A stretch of DNA of 64,000 nucleotides from Muribaculaceae bacterium (GTDB lineage: Bacteria > Bacteroidota > Bacteroidia > Bacteroidales > Paludibacteraceae): the NCBI GenBank assembly GCA_963655075.1, contig CAVKDW010000001.1, positions 7,862 to 71,861 of the forward strand, given 5' to 3'. The notes beneath the pieces were generated by a model, which did not search any database, was not told the origin of the DNA, and saw nothing but the letters and a program-made list of their open reading frames with translations. This document shows positions 7,966-17,687 of the stretch, one piece after another. How positions within the stretch are numbered: position 1 is the stretch's first letter; every line of letters begins with the position of its first letter. Position numbers and translations under genes: made by a program.

Positions 7966-9126
7966 TTAGAATAACATTCTGTTCCATAGCATCTTGAGAA
8001 AGTCGAATATATAGAGGCACTCTACGGTCACCCCTGTATTAGCGACATTCTCTATACGCCTATTGAACTTATCTCGCGAGACGACAAGGCAGCGACATGC
8101 AGGAAACTCTGTACAGAACTCTTTGAAGTTAGTCAAGTGCTTATTCTGTACCTCCTCCGTAGATTTAATCTCTATGCCTATCTCCGCATCACCGATAAGT
8201 GCGTCTATCTCCTTGCCGTTGTAGGTACGCCAATAACTGAGTTTCTTGCGGTTGTGCGTATAACCGATATAGGCTTGTAGTTCTTGTATAACAAAATGCT
8301 CGAAGCAGTGACCATATTCAGCACTGCCGGGTGCCAACGATGTACGCCGCATTAGATAGTTATACACCCCTACGTCGAAGAAATAGAACTTGGGTGCCTG
8401 CACCACCTTACGCTTGACCGTCTGGGTATAAGCAGGAATCATATAGCCTATCAGTGTGTCCTCCAAGATAGAGAAATACTCCTTAACCGCTTTGGCTGAC
8501 ACGCCACAGTCACTGGCGATATTGCTATAGTTGACTACTTCGGAATCCGACAACGCCGCCACCTCCAAGAACCGCTGAAAGGCGTCCAAGTTCCTAACCA
8601 ATGCTTCTTCTTTAATCTCCTCACGCAGATAGACGTCTATGTACCCTGCCAACAACGTTTGTGGGCGAGAACTCAGATAATGCGGCGGCAGCATACCATA
8701 GAGGAGAGCCTTGTCTAAGTTGAGGTCAGGTAGTTCAGCACTCACAAAAGGATAGAAATAACATGGCAACGCCCTGCCACCCAAAGTGTTATATCCCTTG
8801 CGTTTTAGTTTGCGAGCACTGCTCCCGCACAGCACAAAACGCAGGTTCTTATGCTGTATGAGCCGGTGCACCTCGTTAAGTAGTTGCGGCACTTCGGGTA
8901 TTTCATCTATGATAACGACAGCCCCCTCCTCCTTATCCTTCAGCATCTCGTATAGCAACTCAGGACGAGCCGTGAGACGTCTCCGCACCTCACTATCCAA
9001 CAAGTCAAAATAAACGGCACCCTTAAATTGTGCCTCCAAGAACGTACTCTTACCTGTCTGACGTGCACCAAAGAGAAACACACTACATTCTAACTCGCTG
9101 TTTAACTGATAATAACGCTGTATCAT
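7966..9126 (-). CDS. AAA-family ATPase with C-terminal DUF4143-like region
   Basis: Walker A GARQTGKST and Walker B VVIIDEI. 386 aa, the usual length and layout of the AAA_14/DUF4143 ATP-binding proteins common in Bacteroidales. Confidence 0.75.
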   Translation of the reverse strand: MIQRYYQLNSELECSVFLFGARQTGKSTFLEAQFKGAVYFDLLDSEVRRRLTARPELLYEMLKDKEEGAVVIIDEIPEVPQLLNEVHRLIQHKNLRFVLCGSSARKLKRKGYNTLGGRALPCYFYPFVSAELPDLNLDKALLYGMLPPHYLSSRPQTLLAGYIDVYLREEIKEEALVRNLDAFQRFLEVAALSDSEVVNYSNIASDCGVSAKAVKEYFSILEDTLIGYMIPAYTQTVKRKVVQAPKFYFFDVGVYNYLMRRTSLAPGSAEYGHCFEHFVIQELQAYIGYTHNRKKLSYWRTYNGKEIDALIGDAEIGIEIKSTEEVQNKHLTNFKEFCTEFPACRCLVVSRDKFNRRIENVANTGVTVECLYIFDFLKMLWNRMLF

Positions 9127-9209
9127 AATCTGTATAACTTAGTAATAGTACTTCCGATTTTTCATGAATATCGGATGTACTACTCCTGATTTTCTTGAAA
9201 TATCCGACG

Positions 9210-9217
9210 CAAAAGTA
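9210..9217 (-). promoter_or_regulatory. -7 promoter box for the AAA ATPase gene
   Basis: CAAAAGTA, 83 nt upstream of the ATG at 9126. Confidence 0.5.
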
Positions 9218-9331
9218 CTAATCTTTCTTGATACGCGCAAATAATGATTGTTTTTTACGGTCTTGCCATTGGTACAAGTCCTCTAATGGTTCATCGTTCT
9301 CTGTCTAAACAGTTCCCCCTCTTTTCGGGCA

Positions 9332-10735
9332 CTACTGTTCTTCTCCTGTTATTTTCATTAGATATGCTTTGGCTGCCTCATACTCGTTGGGTATCACACC
9401 GTCGAGTATGGCGTCTTTAATAGCATTTTTTATTTCTCCCACACGTGCACAGGGAGGCAAGTGCAACAGTTCCATAATCTCCTCTCCTCGTATTGGCGGT
9501 TGGAAATTACGAATACGGTCACGCTCCTCCAGTTCTACCATCTTCTGTCTAACCAATTGGTAGTTGCTATGGTAACGTTTCACCTTTTCCTCGTTACGAG
9601 ATGTTATATCGGCATCGCACAACAACATCAAGTCGTCGATATCATCTCCTGCCTCAAACAACAATCGGCGCACAGCGGAGTCTGTGACGACATCCTCTAT
9701 CAAACTGATAGGACGCATGTGCAGATCCACCATCTTGATGATATAGTCCATCTTCTCATTCTGAGGCATCTTCATTCTCTTGAAGATACGAGGAATCATC
9801 TTGGCTCCTATATAGTTATGATTGCGGAATGTCCACCCTGCTTGCGGGTCCCACGCTTTAGACTTAGGTTTGCCTATATCATGCAGCAATGCTGCCCAAC
9901 GCAGCCATAGGTTATCCGATTTAGCAGAGAGGTTATCCAGCACCTGCAATGTATGTAGGAACACGTCCTTATGTCCTCTCCCCTCTCTCGTATCCACTCC
10001 TTTGAGTGCGGCCAGTTCCGGGAATATCAGAGGTAGCAGTCCCGTCTTATCAAGTAGTGTCCAGCCTATAGACGGGCGTCGCGAGAGCATTATCTTATTC
10101 ATCTCCTCCACGATACGTTCCCGTGTGATGATATGGATACGTTCACGATTACGCTCTATGGCATCAAACGTCTCTCTGTCAAGATAAAAACCCAATTGCG
10201 CAGCAAACCGCACGGCTCGCATCATACGCAAGGGGTCATCGGAAAAAGTGATATCCGGGTCTAAGGGTGTACGTATGACGCACTCCTCAAGGTCTTGCAT
10301 TCCGCCAAAGGGGTCTATCAACTCGCCATAACGTGCCTGATTGAGACATATAGCCATAGCATTGATGGTGAAGTCACGCCTATTCTGATCGTCTTGTAGT
10401 GTTCCATCCTCTACAATAGGGTTGCGTGAGTCACGTTGATAACTCTCCCGTCGTGCCCCTACGAACTCTAACTCCGTATCCCCTTTCTTTACTTGTGCAG
10501 TACCATAGGTGCGAAACACGTTAAGATGTGCTCCGTGTCCCAGGCGTCGCGTTACTGCTTCCGCGAGTTGAATGCCACTACCTACTACCACAACATCGAT
10601 ATCAGTACTCTCACGATGTAGTATCAGGTCGCGCACCCATCCACCTATCACATAGCATTCAAGTCCTATCTTGTCTGCCTCCTCACCGATGAGGTGTAGT
10701 ATGGGGATTTCTATTTTAGGACTATCTATCCTCAT
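9332..10735 (-). CDS. tRNA nucleotidyltransferase / poly(A) polymerase family protein with HD domain (CCA-adding enzyme-like)
   Basis: Nucleotidyltransferase motif GGWVRD with DIDVVV, RRDFTINA, and an HD motif LHDIGK. 467 aa. Confidence 0.85.
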   Translation of the reverse strand: MRIDSPKIEIPILHLIGEEADKIGLECYVIGGWVRDLILHRESTDIDVVVVGSGIQLAEAVTRRLGHGAHLNVFRTYGTAQVKKGDTELEFVGARRESYQRDSRNPIVEDGTLQDDQNRRDFTINAMAICLNQARYGELIDPFGGMQDLEECVIRTPLDPDITFSDDPLRMMRAVRFAAQLGFYLDRETFDAIERNRERIHIITRERIVEEMNKIMLSRRPSIGWTLLDKTGLLPLIFPELAALKGVDTREGRGHKDVFLHTLQVLDNLSAKSDNLWLRWAALLHDIGKPKSKAWDPQAGWTFRNHNYIGAKMIPRIFKRMKMPQNEKMDYIIKMVDLHMRPISLIEDVVTDSAVRRLLFEAGDDIDDLMLLCDADITSRNEEKVKRYHSNYQLVRQKMVELEERDRIRNFQPPIRGEEIMELLHLPPCARVGEIKNAIKDAILDGVIPNEYEAAKAYLMKITGEEQ

Positions 10736-10747
10736 CTTTTTGGCACA

Positions 10748-10779
10748 CGAGGTTGTCTAACATCCGTTAGGCAACCTCG
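10748..10779 (-). terminator. 14-bp hairpin downstream of efp
   Basis: CGAGGTTGTCTAAC-atcc-GTTAGGCAACCTCG. It belongs to the same hairpin family as 3140-3172, with a compensatory C>T / G>A change. Confidence 0.45.
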
Positions 10780-10809
10780 TTAAATCATTGTCGTAATACG
10801 GTTGTGTGA

Positions 10810-11373
10810 TTAGCGTACACGTTCGCAATAACTACCATCACGTGTATCAACACGTATAATCTCTCCCTCATTGATGAACAATGGTACGCGAATCTCTGCG
10901 CCAGTTTCCAGCTTAGCAGGTTTGAGTGTGTTGGTAGCAGTATCTCCTTTCAGACCGGGCTCTGTATATGCAATAGCCAACTCTACTTTTGTAGGCAACT
11001 CTGCAAAGAGAATAGTGTCCGTAGAAGCATCCGAAACGACGTCACATACAAACCCCTCTTTGAGAAAGTCAACTCCCGTTATCAGATCGTGGGCGATAGG
11101 AACTTGCTCATAGGTCTCCTGATTCATGAAGATATAGTCAGGTCCTTCTTTGTACAGGTACTGGTACGGACGGCGCTCTACACGCACATCTTCCAGTTTC
11201 TCACCGATATTAAAGCGGCGTTCCAGTACACGACCATCTACTACATCTTTGAACTTTACACGCATAATCGTGTTTCCTTTCCCCGGCTTAACATGCAGGA
11301 ACTCAATTACGAAATACAAACGGCCGTCCATACGGATGCACACACCGTTCTTGACATCTTGTGAATTTATCAT
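10810..11373 (-). CDS. efp: elongation factor P
   Basis: 187 aa. Has the conserved KPGKG loop (HVKPGKGNTIMRVKFKD) and the three-domain length of EF-P. Confidence 0.95.
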   Translation of the reverse strand: MINSQDVKNGVCIRMDGRLYFVIEFLHVKPGKGNTIMRVKFKDVVDGRVLERRFNIGEKLEDVRVERRPYQYLYKEGPDYIFMNQETYEQVPIAHDLITGVDFLKEGFVCDVVSDASTDTILFAELPTKVELAIAYTEPGLKGDTATNTLKPAKLETGAEIRVPLFINEGEIIRVDTRDGSYCERVR

Positions 11374-11443
11374 ATCTGTTAGTTATTTATTCGCTTTGTA
11401 TAATCTGCCTATCGAATAACAAGCAGGGATACTAAATCGGCTG

Positions 11444-11451
11444 CAAAGGTA
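11444..11451 (-). promoter_or_regulatory. -7 promoter box for efp
   Basis: CAAAGGTA, 70 nt upstream of the efp ATG. Confidence 0.55.
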
Positions 11452-11548
11452 GTGAAAGATTTGCAAGTATGCAAATCCTTGTTTATTCGTTGATGAGTTT
11501 ATCAGTTGATGCGTGGTTGAAAGGGGGTTGAGTGCTGTTTAGAAAAAA

Positions 11549-12820
11549 TCAGTGGTATCGACTGAGTACTTGGTTATATATGTTCCTCACTTTGAGTCCT
11601 GCATCATACCAGCGTATATTGTTTACATCTTCACGTCCGAGCGTGTGTAACGACTGGTACATAGCGGGGTATGTTACTATTCCGTATATTGCGTCTGCCA
11701 TAGCATCTATATCCCAATAGTCTGTTTTGATAGCATGTTGCAATATCTCAGCACATCCTGACTGTTTACTGATGATGGTGGGTGTGCCTACCTGCATCGC
11801 TTCGAGCGGTGATATACCAAAGGGCTCGCTGACACTGGGCATGACGTACACGTCACTCTCGGCCAGCATCTCTTGCACTTGTCGTCCGCGCAAGAATCCT
11901 GTGAAGTGGAAATGGTCCGTTATGCCACGTTGCGCAACCAAGTCAATCATCTTTGTCATCATATCTCCACTACCTGCCATGACAAAACGTACGTTCTTCG
12001 TACGCCGCAGCACACGTGCTGCCGCCTCGACAAAATATTCAGGTCCTTTCTGCATTGTGATGCGTCCAAGGAAAGTGACGATCTTATCTTTGCGTGGTGT
12101 CTTAGTGAAGGTATCAGCATCTGCCAAAGGCTCTACAGCGTTGTGTACAGTGCTCACTTTAGCAGGGTCTTGATGATACTTCTCGATAACCGTGTTGCGT
12201 GTGAGATTGCTGACGCAGATGATATGATCGGCTTCATCCATTCCTCGTTTTTCAATGTCATAAACAGTAGGATTGACATTCCCCCGACTACGGTCAAAGT
12301 CTGTGGCGTGTACGTGAATAACCAGAGGCTTGCCTGATATATGTTTAGCAAAGACTCCGGCAGGATAAGTGAGCCAATCATGGCTATGTAAGATATCAAA
12401 ATCCAGACTATGTGCCAGTACACTGGCGACCGCCTCGTAGTTGCCAATCTCTTCGAGCAAATTATCCGGATAACGTCCGGAGAAATTGATACATCCAAGG
12501 TCATCCGTACCTATCCGTCTATAGTCATACCGTATGCCATCACGGAAATGGAAGTACTCCTCTGCAGACATCCGTCCTTCCATACGATGGCGTACATAGT
12601 CATAATTATTGTCTTTCCATACAACAGGAATACTATTGGCCCCGATGATACGCAGGAATGACTGGTCTTCGTCCCCCCATGGTTTAGGGATGACAAATGT
12701 TATCTGCATATCGTTTTGTTCCGACATGCCGCGTGTCAGTCCATAACTGGCTGTACCTAATCCTCCTAAGATATGAGGGGGGAACTCCCATCCAAACATT
12801 AACGCTTTCATCTCACTCAT
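11549..12820 (-). CDS. GT4-type glycosyltransferase (glycogen-cluster associated)
   Basis: 423 aa. C-terminal GT-B motif SVSEPFGISPLEAMQVGTP. Overlaps the upstream debranching-enzyme gene by 8 nt (operon). Confidence 0.8.
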   Translation of the reverse strand: MSEMKALMFGWEFPPHILGGLGTASYGLTRGMSEQNDMQITFVIPKPWGDEDQSFLRIIGANSIPVVWKDNNYDYVRHRMEGRMSAEEYFHFRDGIRYDYRRIGTDDLGCINFSGRYPDNLLEEIGNYEAVASVLAHSLDFDILHSHDWLTYPAGVFAKHISGKPLVIHVHATDFDRSRGNVNPTVYDIEKRGMDEADHIICVSNLTRNTVIEKYHQDPAKVSTVHNAVEPLADADTFTKTPRKDKIVTFLGRITMQKGPEYFVEAAARVLRRTKNVRFVMAGSGDMMTKMIDLVAQRGITDHFHFTGFLRGRQVQEMLAESDVYVMPSVSEPFGISPLEAMQVGTPTIISKQSGCAEILQHAIKTDYWDIDAMADAIYGIVTYPAMYQSLHTLGREDVNNIRWYDAGLKVRNIYNQVLSRYH

Positions 12821-14747
12821 ACTTCTTTAGGGTGTTACATACCGCTATCACAGCCGCCACACTGGGTGCATAACTCATTCCTCCATGTCCTTTGTAGGGG
12901 GGGTTGCCGTCATATAACTCGTTTAGTGTACCGATGCATAACTCGCTCATCTCGGCTTCATATCCTACTAATAAGCGTCGTATAAAACTCTCGCCAGAAT
13001 GTTGATATACCCGTAGATAGGCTTTGGCATAAGCAGATATGGTACATGGCCACACAGGTCCGTTATGGAAATTGCGATCACGCTCCAATTGTCCTCCTAT
13101 ATATTCAGGGCGATAATCGCCACTCTTCGGTGATATGGTGCGCAGTCCCTTAGGCGTATATAACTCTTTTGTACAGATGTCCACAACTGCTTTCTGTTGA
13201 TGTTTATCCAATGGAGAATAAGGGAGTGACACGGCTAATATCTGGCATGGCCGAACCTCTTTATTATGTATGTCCTCTGCGACGAAATCATCCAAGTAAC
13301 AGCCATTCCAGAAGGTATGCACAAAGCTATCCTTTGTTATCTCAGCCTGGTATTCCATAAGGTCTGCTATCTGTTCTTTACCCATCAGTCGCAGCATATC
13401 TGCCGCGAAGTGGAGCGCGTTGTACCATAACGCATTATGCTCTACCACATAGCCTGTACGAGGCGTAATCGGTCTGCCATTCTCCGTAGCGTTCATCCAC
13501 GTGGCAGGTTTCTCTGTACCATCTACCCATAGCAAGCCATTATTATGCAAGAACAGTCGTGGATGTTGCTGTTTGCGTATAAAATTGACTATGTCTATCA
13601 CCAACTGCCCATAGAGTCGTGCTGCCTCTTCGCTTGTTGTATATTCCGCATATGCCTGTATTGCCCGCACGAACCAGAGCAGCACATCGGGGTCGTCTAT
13701 CCCCACTAACTTCCCCTGTTTGCCTGCCATAAACTCCCGTATCTCCTCGATAGCCGTACGGTTGACTATGGCGTCCCAGTACTCTGGGCGTCCTATGCCG
13801 AGCGTACATGCAGCCACCGAGGTAAATTCTTCACGTGCTGAAGCGCGGAACCAAGGGTATCCAGCCAGCAGATAACACTTATCTCCTTCACGTTTATAGA
13901 ACTGTGCTGCAGCGTTCGACAGGCAGCCAAACATATCATTACGTGGGACACGCCTTGCCAATTCTTTAGTCCAGAGAGTTTTTAACGTATTGGTTTTGAC
14001 CTCACTTATCCCCGCAGAAAAGATGATACTCTCCCCTCTCTTGACAGGTACTTCGAAATAGCCCGGTACCAATTGGTCTTCTTTATAGGCAAAACCACGT
14101 TCTTGCTCCTTAGGATACTCGATACCTTTGTACCATTGTGGGCAGTGTGTGTATGTTACTTTTTTGGAACACTGCATAAACAACTCTGGATATGTGGTGT
14201 ACATACGGCACGCTCTGCCATTCTGTACCTCACGCATATCCGCATTGGCTTGGTCATTCTCTACCGTCAGTTCGTTGACATTTCTAAAGGCTAAGAACGG
14301 TTTGAGTCGCAGTATGGTAGGCGAGTGCGCCTCCACAAGTGTATAACGGATGAGGACACGTGGTTCAAAACTAACCAATATACGTTCTTTCGTGAGAATA
14401 ACTCCTCCCACACGATACGTTGTCTTACTGATTACTTCGCAGTCGAACTCACGGATATACTTATGTCCATTTGGAGCATAGACGTTCCACCCGTACTTAT
14501 GAATCCCCAAGTTAAACTCTGCTCCATGCTGAATAACGGTCTCATCAAGGCTGCCCAGCAGTACATAGTTCCCTTCCGGCAATGGATCATGCAACGGTAG
14601 TACGAGTTGTCCATGGTACTTACGCGTGTTGCAGTTGACCAACGTAGTGGAACTATACGCACCGGCTCTGTTGGTGCGTATCATCTCCTTGCTCAGGCTC
14701 CGTTCCAAGTTAATGAGCAGTGTCTTATCAAAATTGAGGTAACTCAT
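12813..14747 (-). CDS. amylo-alpha-1,6-glucosidase family protein (glycogen debranching enzyme-like)
   Basis: 644 aa. The block GYPWFRASAREEF and the overall length resemble the bacterial GDE_C family. It is operonic with the GT4 gene. Confidence 0.75.
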   Translation of the reverse strand: MSYLNFDKTLLINLERSLSKEMIRTNRAGAYSSTTLVNCNTRKYHGQLVLPLHDPLPEGNYVLLGSLDETVIQHGAEFNLGIHKYGWNVYAPNGHKYIREFDCEVISKTTYRVGGVILTKERILVSFEPRVLIRYTLVEAHSPTILRLKPFLAFRNVNELTVENDQANADMREVQNGRACRMYTTYPELFMQCSKKVTYTHCPQWYKGIEYPKEQERGFAYKEDQLVPGYFEVPVKRGESIIFSAGISEVKTNTLKTLWTKELARRVPRNDMFGCLSNAAAQFYKREGDKCYLLAGYPWFRASAREEFTSVAACTLGIGRPEYWDAIVNRTAIEEIREFMAGKQGKLVGIDDPDVLLWFVRAIQAYAEYTTSEEAARLYGQLVIDIVNFIRKQQHPRLFLHNNGLLWVDGTEKPATWMNATENGRPITPRTGYVVEHNALWYNALHFAADMLRLMGKEQIADLMEYQAEITKDSFVHTFWNGCYLDDFVAEDIHNKEVRPCQILAVSLPYSPLDKHQQKAVVDICTKELYTPKGLRTISPKSGDYRPEYIGGQLERDRNFHNGPVWPCTISAYAKAYLRVYQHSGESFIRRLLVGYEAEMSELCIGTLNELYDGNPPYKGHGGMSYAPSVAAVIAVCNTLKKYE

Positions 14748-14765
14748 CGTTTCGTTACATTTCTT

Positions 14766-15914
14766 TTAGTTGTATTTCCCCTCGTATTTCACTTCTGCGT
14801 CCATACAGAACTGGCGTATCTGTTGTTCAGCATCACGTTTACATATCAGCAACACTCCATCCGATTCTGTAACGATAGTATTATCCAGTCCCTGTATCAC
14901 TGCCAAATGCCCATCAGGTAGTGCGACCATATTCCCGTGACTATCATAGTAAAGGGTATTGCAATGGAGTGTGACATTTTGGTTATCATCTTTCTCTCCT
15001 AATTCATACAGAGATCCCCATGTGCCCAGATCGCTCCATCCAAAGTCAGATGGCATAACATAGACATTCTCTGCTTTCTCCATAACGCCGTAATCGATGG
15101 ATATATTCGGGCAGGTTGGGAATATCTCTTGTATAAATGCGTTTTCTTTGTTTGTCCCCATGTATTGTTCACCTGCTGCAAATTTCTCTGCCATCTCCGG
15201 GATAAACGTACGGAAAGCACGTCGTATTGTCCGTATGTTCCAAAGGAATATGCCTGAGTTCCACAAGAAATCTCCACTCTCTACGAACATCTTTGCCATT
15301 GCGAGTTCCGGTTTCTCGGTAAACGCTTTCACTTTGTATATCTGTCCCTCCTCTATTTCGCCACTACTCAGTGCCTGGATGTATCCATATCCCGTTTCCG
15401 GACGCGTAGGTTTCATCCCGAGTGTGAGCAAGGCATCATTCTGTGCGACAAATTGCAGTCCTGTTTGAATAGTCTGTACAAATGTCTCCTCTTGCAGTAT
15501 CAGGTGGTCACTTGGTGCCACGACTATGTTTGCCTTCAACTGTTCATCATCTGTTGTTGTGCATCCGTCTAATACGGCTTGTTTGCGTACGCGGGATTGT
15601 ATGTGTGCTATAGCGTATGCTATACACGGGGCAGTGTTTCTGCGTGCGGGTTCACACAGTACTTGATCGGGTAACATGTCCGGTATCTGCTTCAGCACGA
15701 CATCACGATAGCGCACATTGGTCACGATGATGATGTTACGGATAGGGACTATGGGAAGAAATCTATCGACTGTCATCTGTAACAGACTACGTCCGGTACC
15801 AAAGAAGTCAAGGAACTGTTTGGGCTTATCGTTGCGGCTGGACGGCCAGAAACGGCTGCCTACCCCTCCCGCCATAATGACGCAATAGTTGTTCTCTTTC
15901 ATATCTTGTTTCAT
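14766..15914 (-). CDS. mannose-1-phosphate guanylyltransferase-like nucleotidyltransferase
   Basis: N-terminal IMAGGVGSRFWPSS glycine-rich loop, PKQFL and EKP blocks. 382 aa. Confidence 0.8.
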   Translation of the reverse strand: MKQDMKENNYCVIMAGGVGSRFWPSSRNDKPKQFLDFFGTGRSLLQMTVDRFLPIVPIRNIIIVTNVRYRDVVLKQIPDMLPDQVLCEPARRNTAPCIAYAIAHIQSRVRKQAVLDGCTTTDDEQLKANIVVAPSDHLILQEETFVQTIQTGLQFVAQNDALLTLGMKPTRPETGYGYIQALSSGEIEEGQIYKVKAFTEKPELAMAKMFVESGDFLWNSGIFLWNIRTIRRAFRTFIPEMAEKFAAGEQYMGTNKENAFIQEIFPTCPNISIDYGVMEKAENVYVMPSDFGWSDLGTWGSLYELGEKDDNQNVTLHCNTLYYDSHGNMVALPDGHLAVIQGLDNTIVTESDGVLLICKRDAEQQIRQFCMDAEVKYEGKYN

Positions 15915-15971
15915 GTTTTAAGGTTCTTGTCTATTGTTTATTTAGGCTATTCGTCCTATTCTATTACCGTG

Positions 15972-15979
15972 CAAAGATA
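15972..15979 (-). promoter_or_regulatory. -7 promoter box for the manC-like/glycogen operon
   Basis: CAAAGATA is the reverse complement of TATCTTTG. It lies 57 nt upstream of the ATG at 15914. Confidence 0.5.
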
Positions 15980-16047
15980 GTACTTTTTTATTGGTTGTAC
16001 AAGTGCATTTGTGAAAAAACACACAGAGTGGTGCATTGGGTATATGG

Positions 16048-16091
16048 AATCACCCAGTAATCACACAGTAATCACCCAATAATCACCCAAT
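16048..16091. repeat. 11-bp tandem repeat x4
   Basis: AATCACCCAGT / AATCACACAGT / AATCACCCAAT / AATCACCCAAT, head to tail. Confidence 0.9.
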
Positions 16092-16107
16092 GTATGTATA
16101 GAGTTAG

Positions 16108-16270
16108 TATGGTGTATTCCTGGTGTGTTGTGGTGTATTCATTGATGTATTCATAGTGTATTGCGGTATTATTCATGGAGTATTGTGGTGTATTCATTGA
16201 TGCATTCATAGTGTATTGTGGTGTTATTCATGGAGTATTGTAGTGTATCCATTGGTGTATTCATTTGAGT
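16108..16270. repeat. 55-bp tandem repeat: two full copies plus degenerate flanking partial copies
   Basis: Copy 16131-16185 and copy 16186-16240 differ at 3 of 55 positions. Degenerate partial copies lie at 16108-16130 and 16241-16270. The internal motif GTATTCAT recurs. Confidence 0.9.
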
Positions 16271-16295
16271 CTATTGTTATATCATTTATTTTTTC

Positions 16296-16303
16296 TACCT
16301 TTG
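16296..16303 (+). promoter_or_regulatory. -7 promoter box for the gldD-dus operon
   Basis: TACCTTTG, 30 nt upstream of the ATG at 16334. Confidence 0.55.
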
Positions 16304-16333
16304 CACCATTATTAGTGTATTGAGCAGAAGCAT

Positions 16334-16945
16334 ATGCGAAAGAGAGTGTTGGTTACATACCATAGGGTGCAGCGGCTTGTTATAGTGGTTGTGTTATTGA
16401 TGGTTGCGTTTGTATCATGCAGGCGTGCGATTGTTCCCAAGCCGTACGGATACTATCGTATTGCCATCCCTGACACGCTGTATGCAGACTATTCCGTTGT
16501 TGATTGTCCCTACTCATTTGCCTTGTCTAAAAATGCAAAGGTGGAGCCCCGCTACCATGATGGGGAGCAGTATTGGATAGACATTATTTATCCGACATTG
16601 AATACGACGATACATTGCAGTTACAAACCTGTCACCAACAATTTGCGTGTCTTGTCCCGTGATGCCCAGGAGTTTTTATACAGTCATGTTACTGTAGCGT
16701 CTGCTATTCCGGAGCAAGAGTTCAGCAATGCAGCCTCTCATGTATGGGGTGTATATTATGAGTTACATGGTAATACAGCCTCGCCCATTCAGTTCTATTT
16801 AACCGATTCCATCGAGCATTTCTTTCGTGGTTCGGTCTATTGTAACACTATTCCCAACCAAGACTCTTTGGGTCCGATATATGATTATATGCGAACAGAT
16901 GTGCGGCGTCTGATAGAGTCATTTCGTTGGGAGGACAAGCATTAG
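16334..16945 (+). CDS. gldD: gliding-motility/T9SS-associated lipoprotein GldD-like
   Basis: 203 aa. Lipobox-like VSC, then PKPYGYYRI and the overall size as I recall for GldD. The identification is from memory. Confidence 0.55.
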   Translation: MRKRVLVTYHRVQRLVIVVVLLMVAFVSCRRAIVPKPYGYYRIAIPDTLYADYSVVDCPYSFALSKNAKVEPRYHDGEQYWIDIIYPTLNTTIHCSYKPVTNNLRVLSRDAQEFLYSHVTVASAIPEQEFSNAASHVWGVYYELHGNTASPIQFYLTDSIEHFFRGSVYCNTIPNQDSLGPIYDYMRTDVRRLIESFRWEDKH

Positions 16946-16949
16946 TACC

Positions 16950-17687
16950 ATGCGTATTTTGGACTACATATCCCGAGAACGTGCCTTAGGTCACCCGTTA
17001 TTGGCCGTATTGATTGATCCGGAGAAGGCAGAGTGTGTTGAGGCGTTGCTTCCATACATAGACATGCCTGATATACTGCTGATAGGAGGTAGTACAGGTT
17101 CTTGTTCTCCCGAATTCATCGATAAAATCCGCCGTTATACCACACGTCCTCTGATACTTTTCCCGGGTCGTATAGAGCAGGTGGCACGCGGTGCAGATGC
17201 CTTGTTATTCTTGAGTATGTTGTCGTCACGCTGTCCGGACGTATTGATAACCCCTCATATCCAAGCCGCGTGTACGATACGCTCATCCGGGTTAGAGTGC
17301 ATCGCAACAGGTTATATATTGGTTGACGGGGGGAAAAAGAGCAGTGTAGAGATAGCGACACATAGCGCGCCTATCCCTCAGACAGACGTCACCACCATTG
17401 TCAGCACGGCTGTTGCCGGTCAGTTATTGGGTAAACAGCTAATCTATTTAGAGGCGGGTAGTGGTGCGAACACTCCAGTGTCTGAAGATATCATTTGTGC
17501 CGTGCGTTCACAAGTGGATGTAGGTCTGTTAGTGGGTGGTGGTATCTGCTCGCCCGAGGGGATGGTTGCTGCTTTTTCAGCCGGTGCAGATATCGTTGTT
17601 ATCGGTAATCACTTTGAGTTTCATCCGGAGCAAGTGCCTCAGTTTATGTCCTATAAAGAAGCCTATGCCAGCCGTCGATACAGATGA
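16950..17687 (+). CDS. geranylgeranylglyceryl/heptaprenylglyceryl phosphate synthase family protein (PcrB/GGGPS-like)
   Basis: 245 aa TIM-barrel-sized protein with LIDPEK, LIGGS, YLEAGSG and VGGGI blocks typical of the family. Confidence 0.75.
   Translation: MRILDYISRERALGHPLLAVLIDPEKAECVEALLPYIDMPDILLIGGSTGSCSPEFIDKIRRYTTRPLILFPGRIEQVARGADALLFLSMLSSRCPDVLITPHIQAACTIRSSGLECIATGYILVDGGKKSSVEIATHSAPIPQTDVTTIVSTAVAGQLLGKQLIYLEAGSGANTPVSEDIICAVRSQVDVGLLVGGGICSPEGMVAAFSAGADIVVIGNHFEFHPEQVPQFMSYKEAYASRRYR

Noticed and set aside
7407-7997. Long antisense ORFs: 7407-7997, 21869-22411, 38215-38751, 54221-54850, 59941-60612, 61095-61594 and many more
   Set aside because: Each lies opposite a gene with clear conserved motifs. 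Their translations are low-complexity (Thr/His/Pro/Arg-rich). Their length is explained by the stop-poor A/C-rich composition of the + strand.
16108-16270. Tandem repeats considered as a CRISPR array
   Set aside because: The units are contiguous with no unique spacers. Repeat length and period (55 bp) are wrong for CRISPR, and there are no cas genes in the window.
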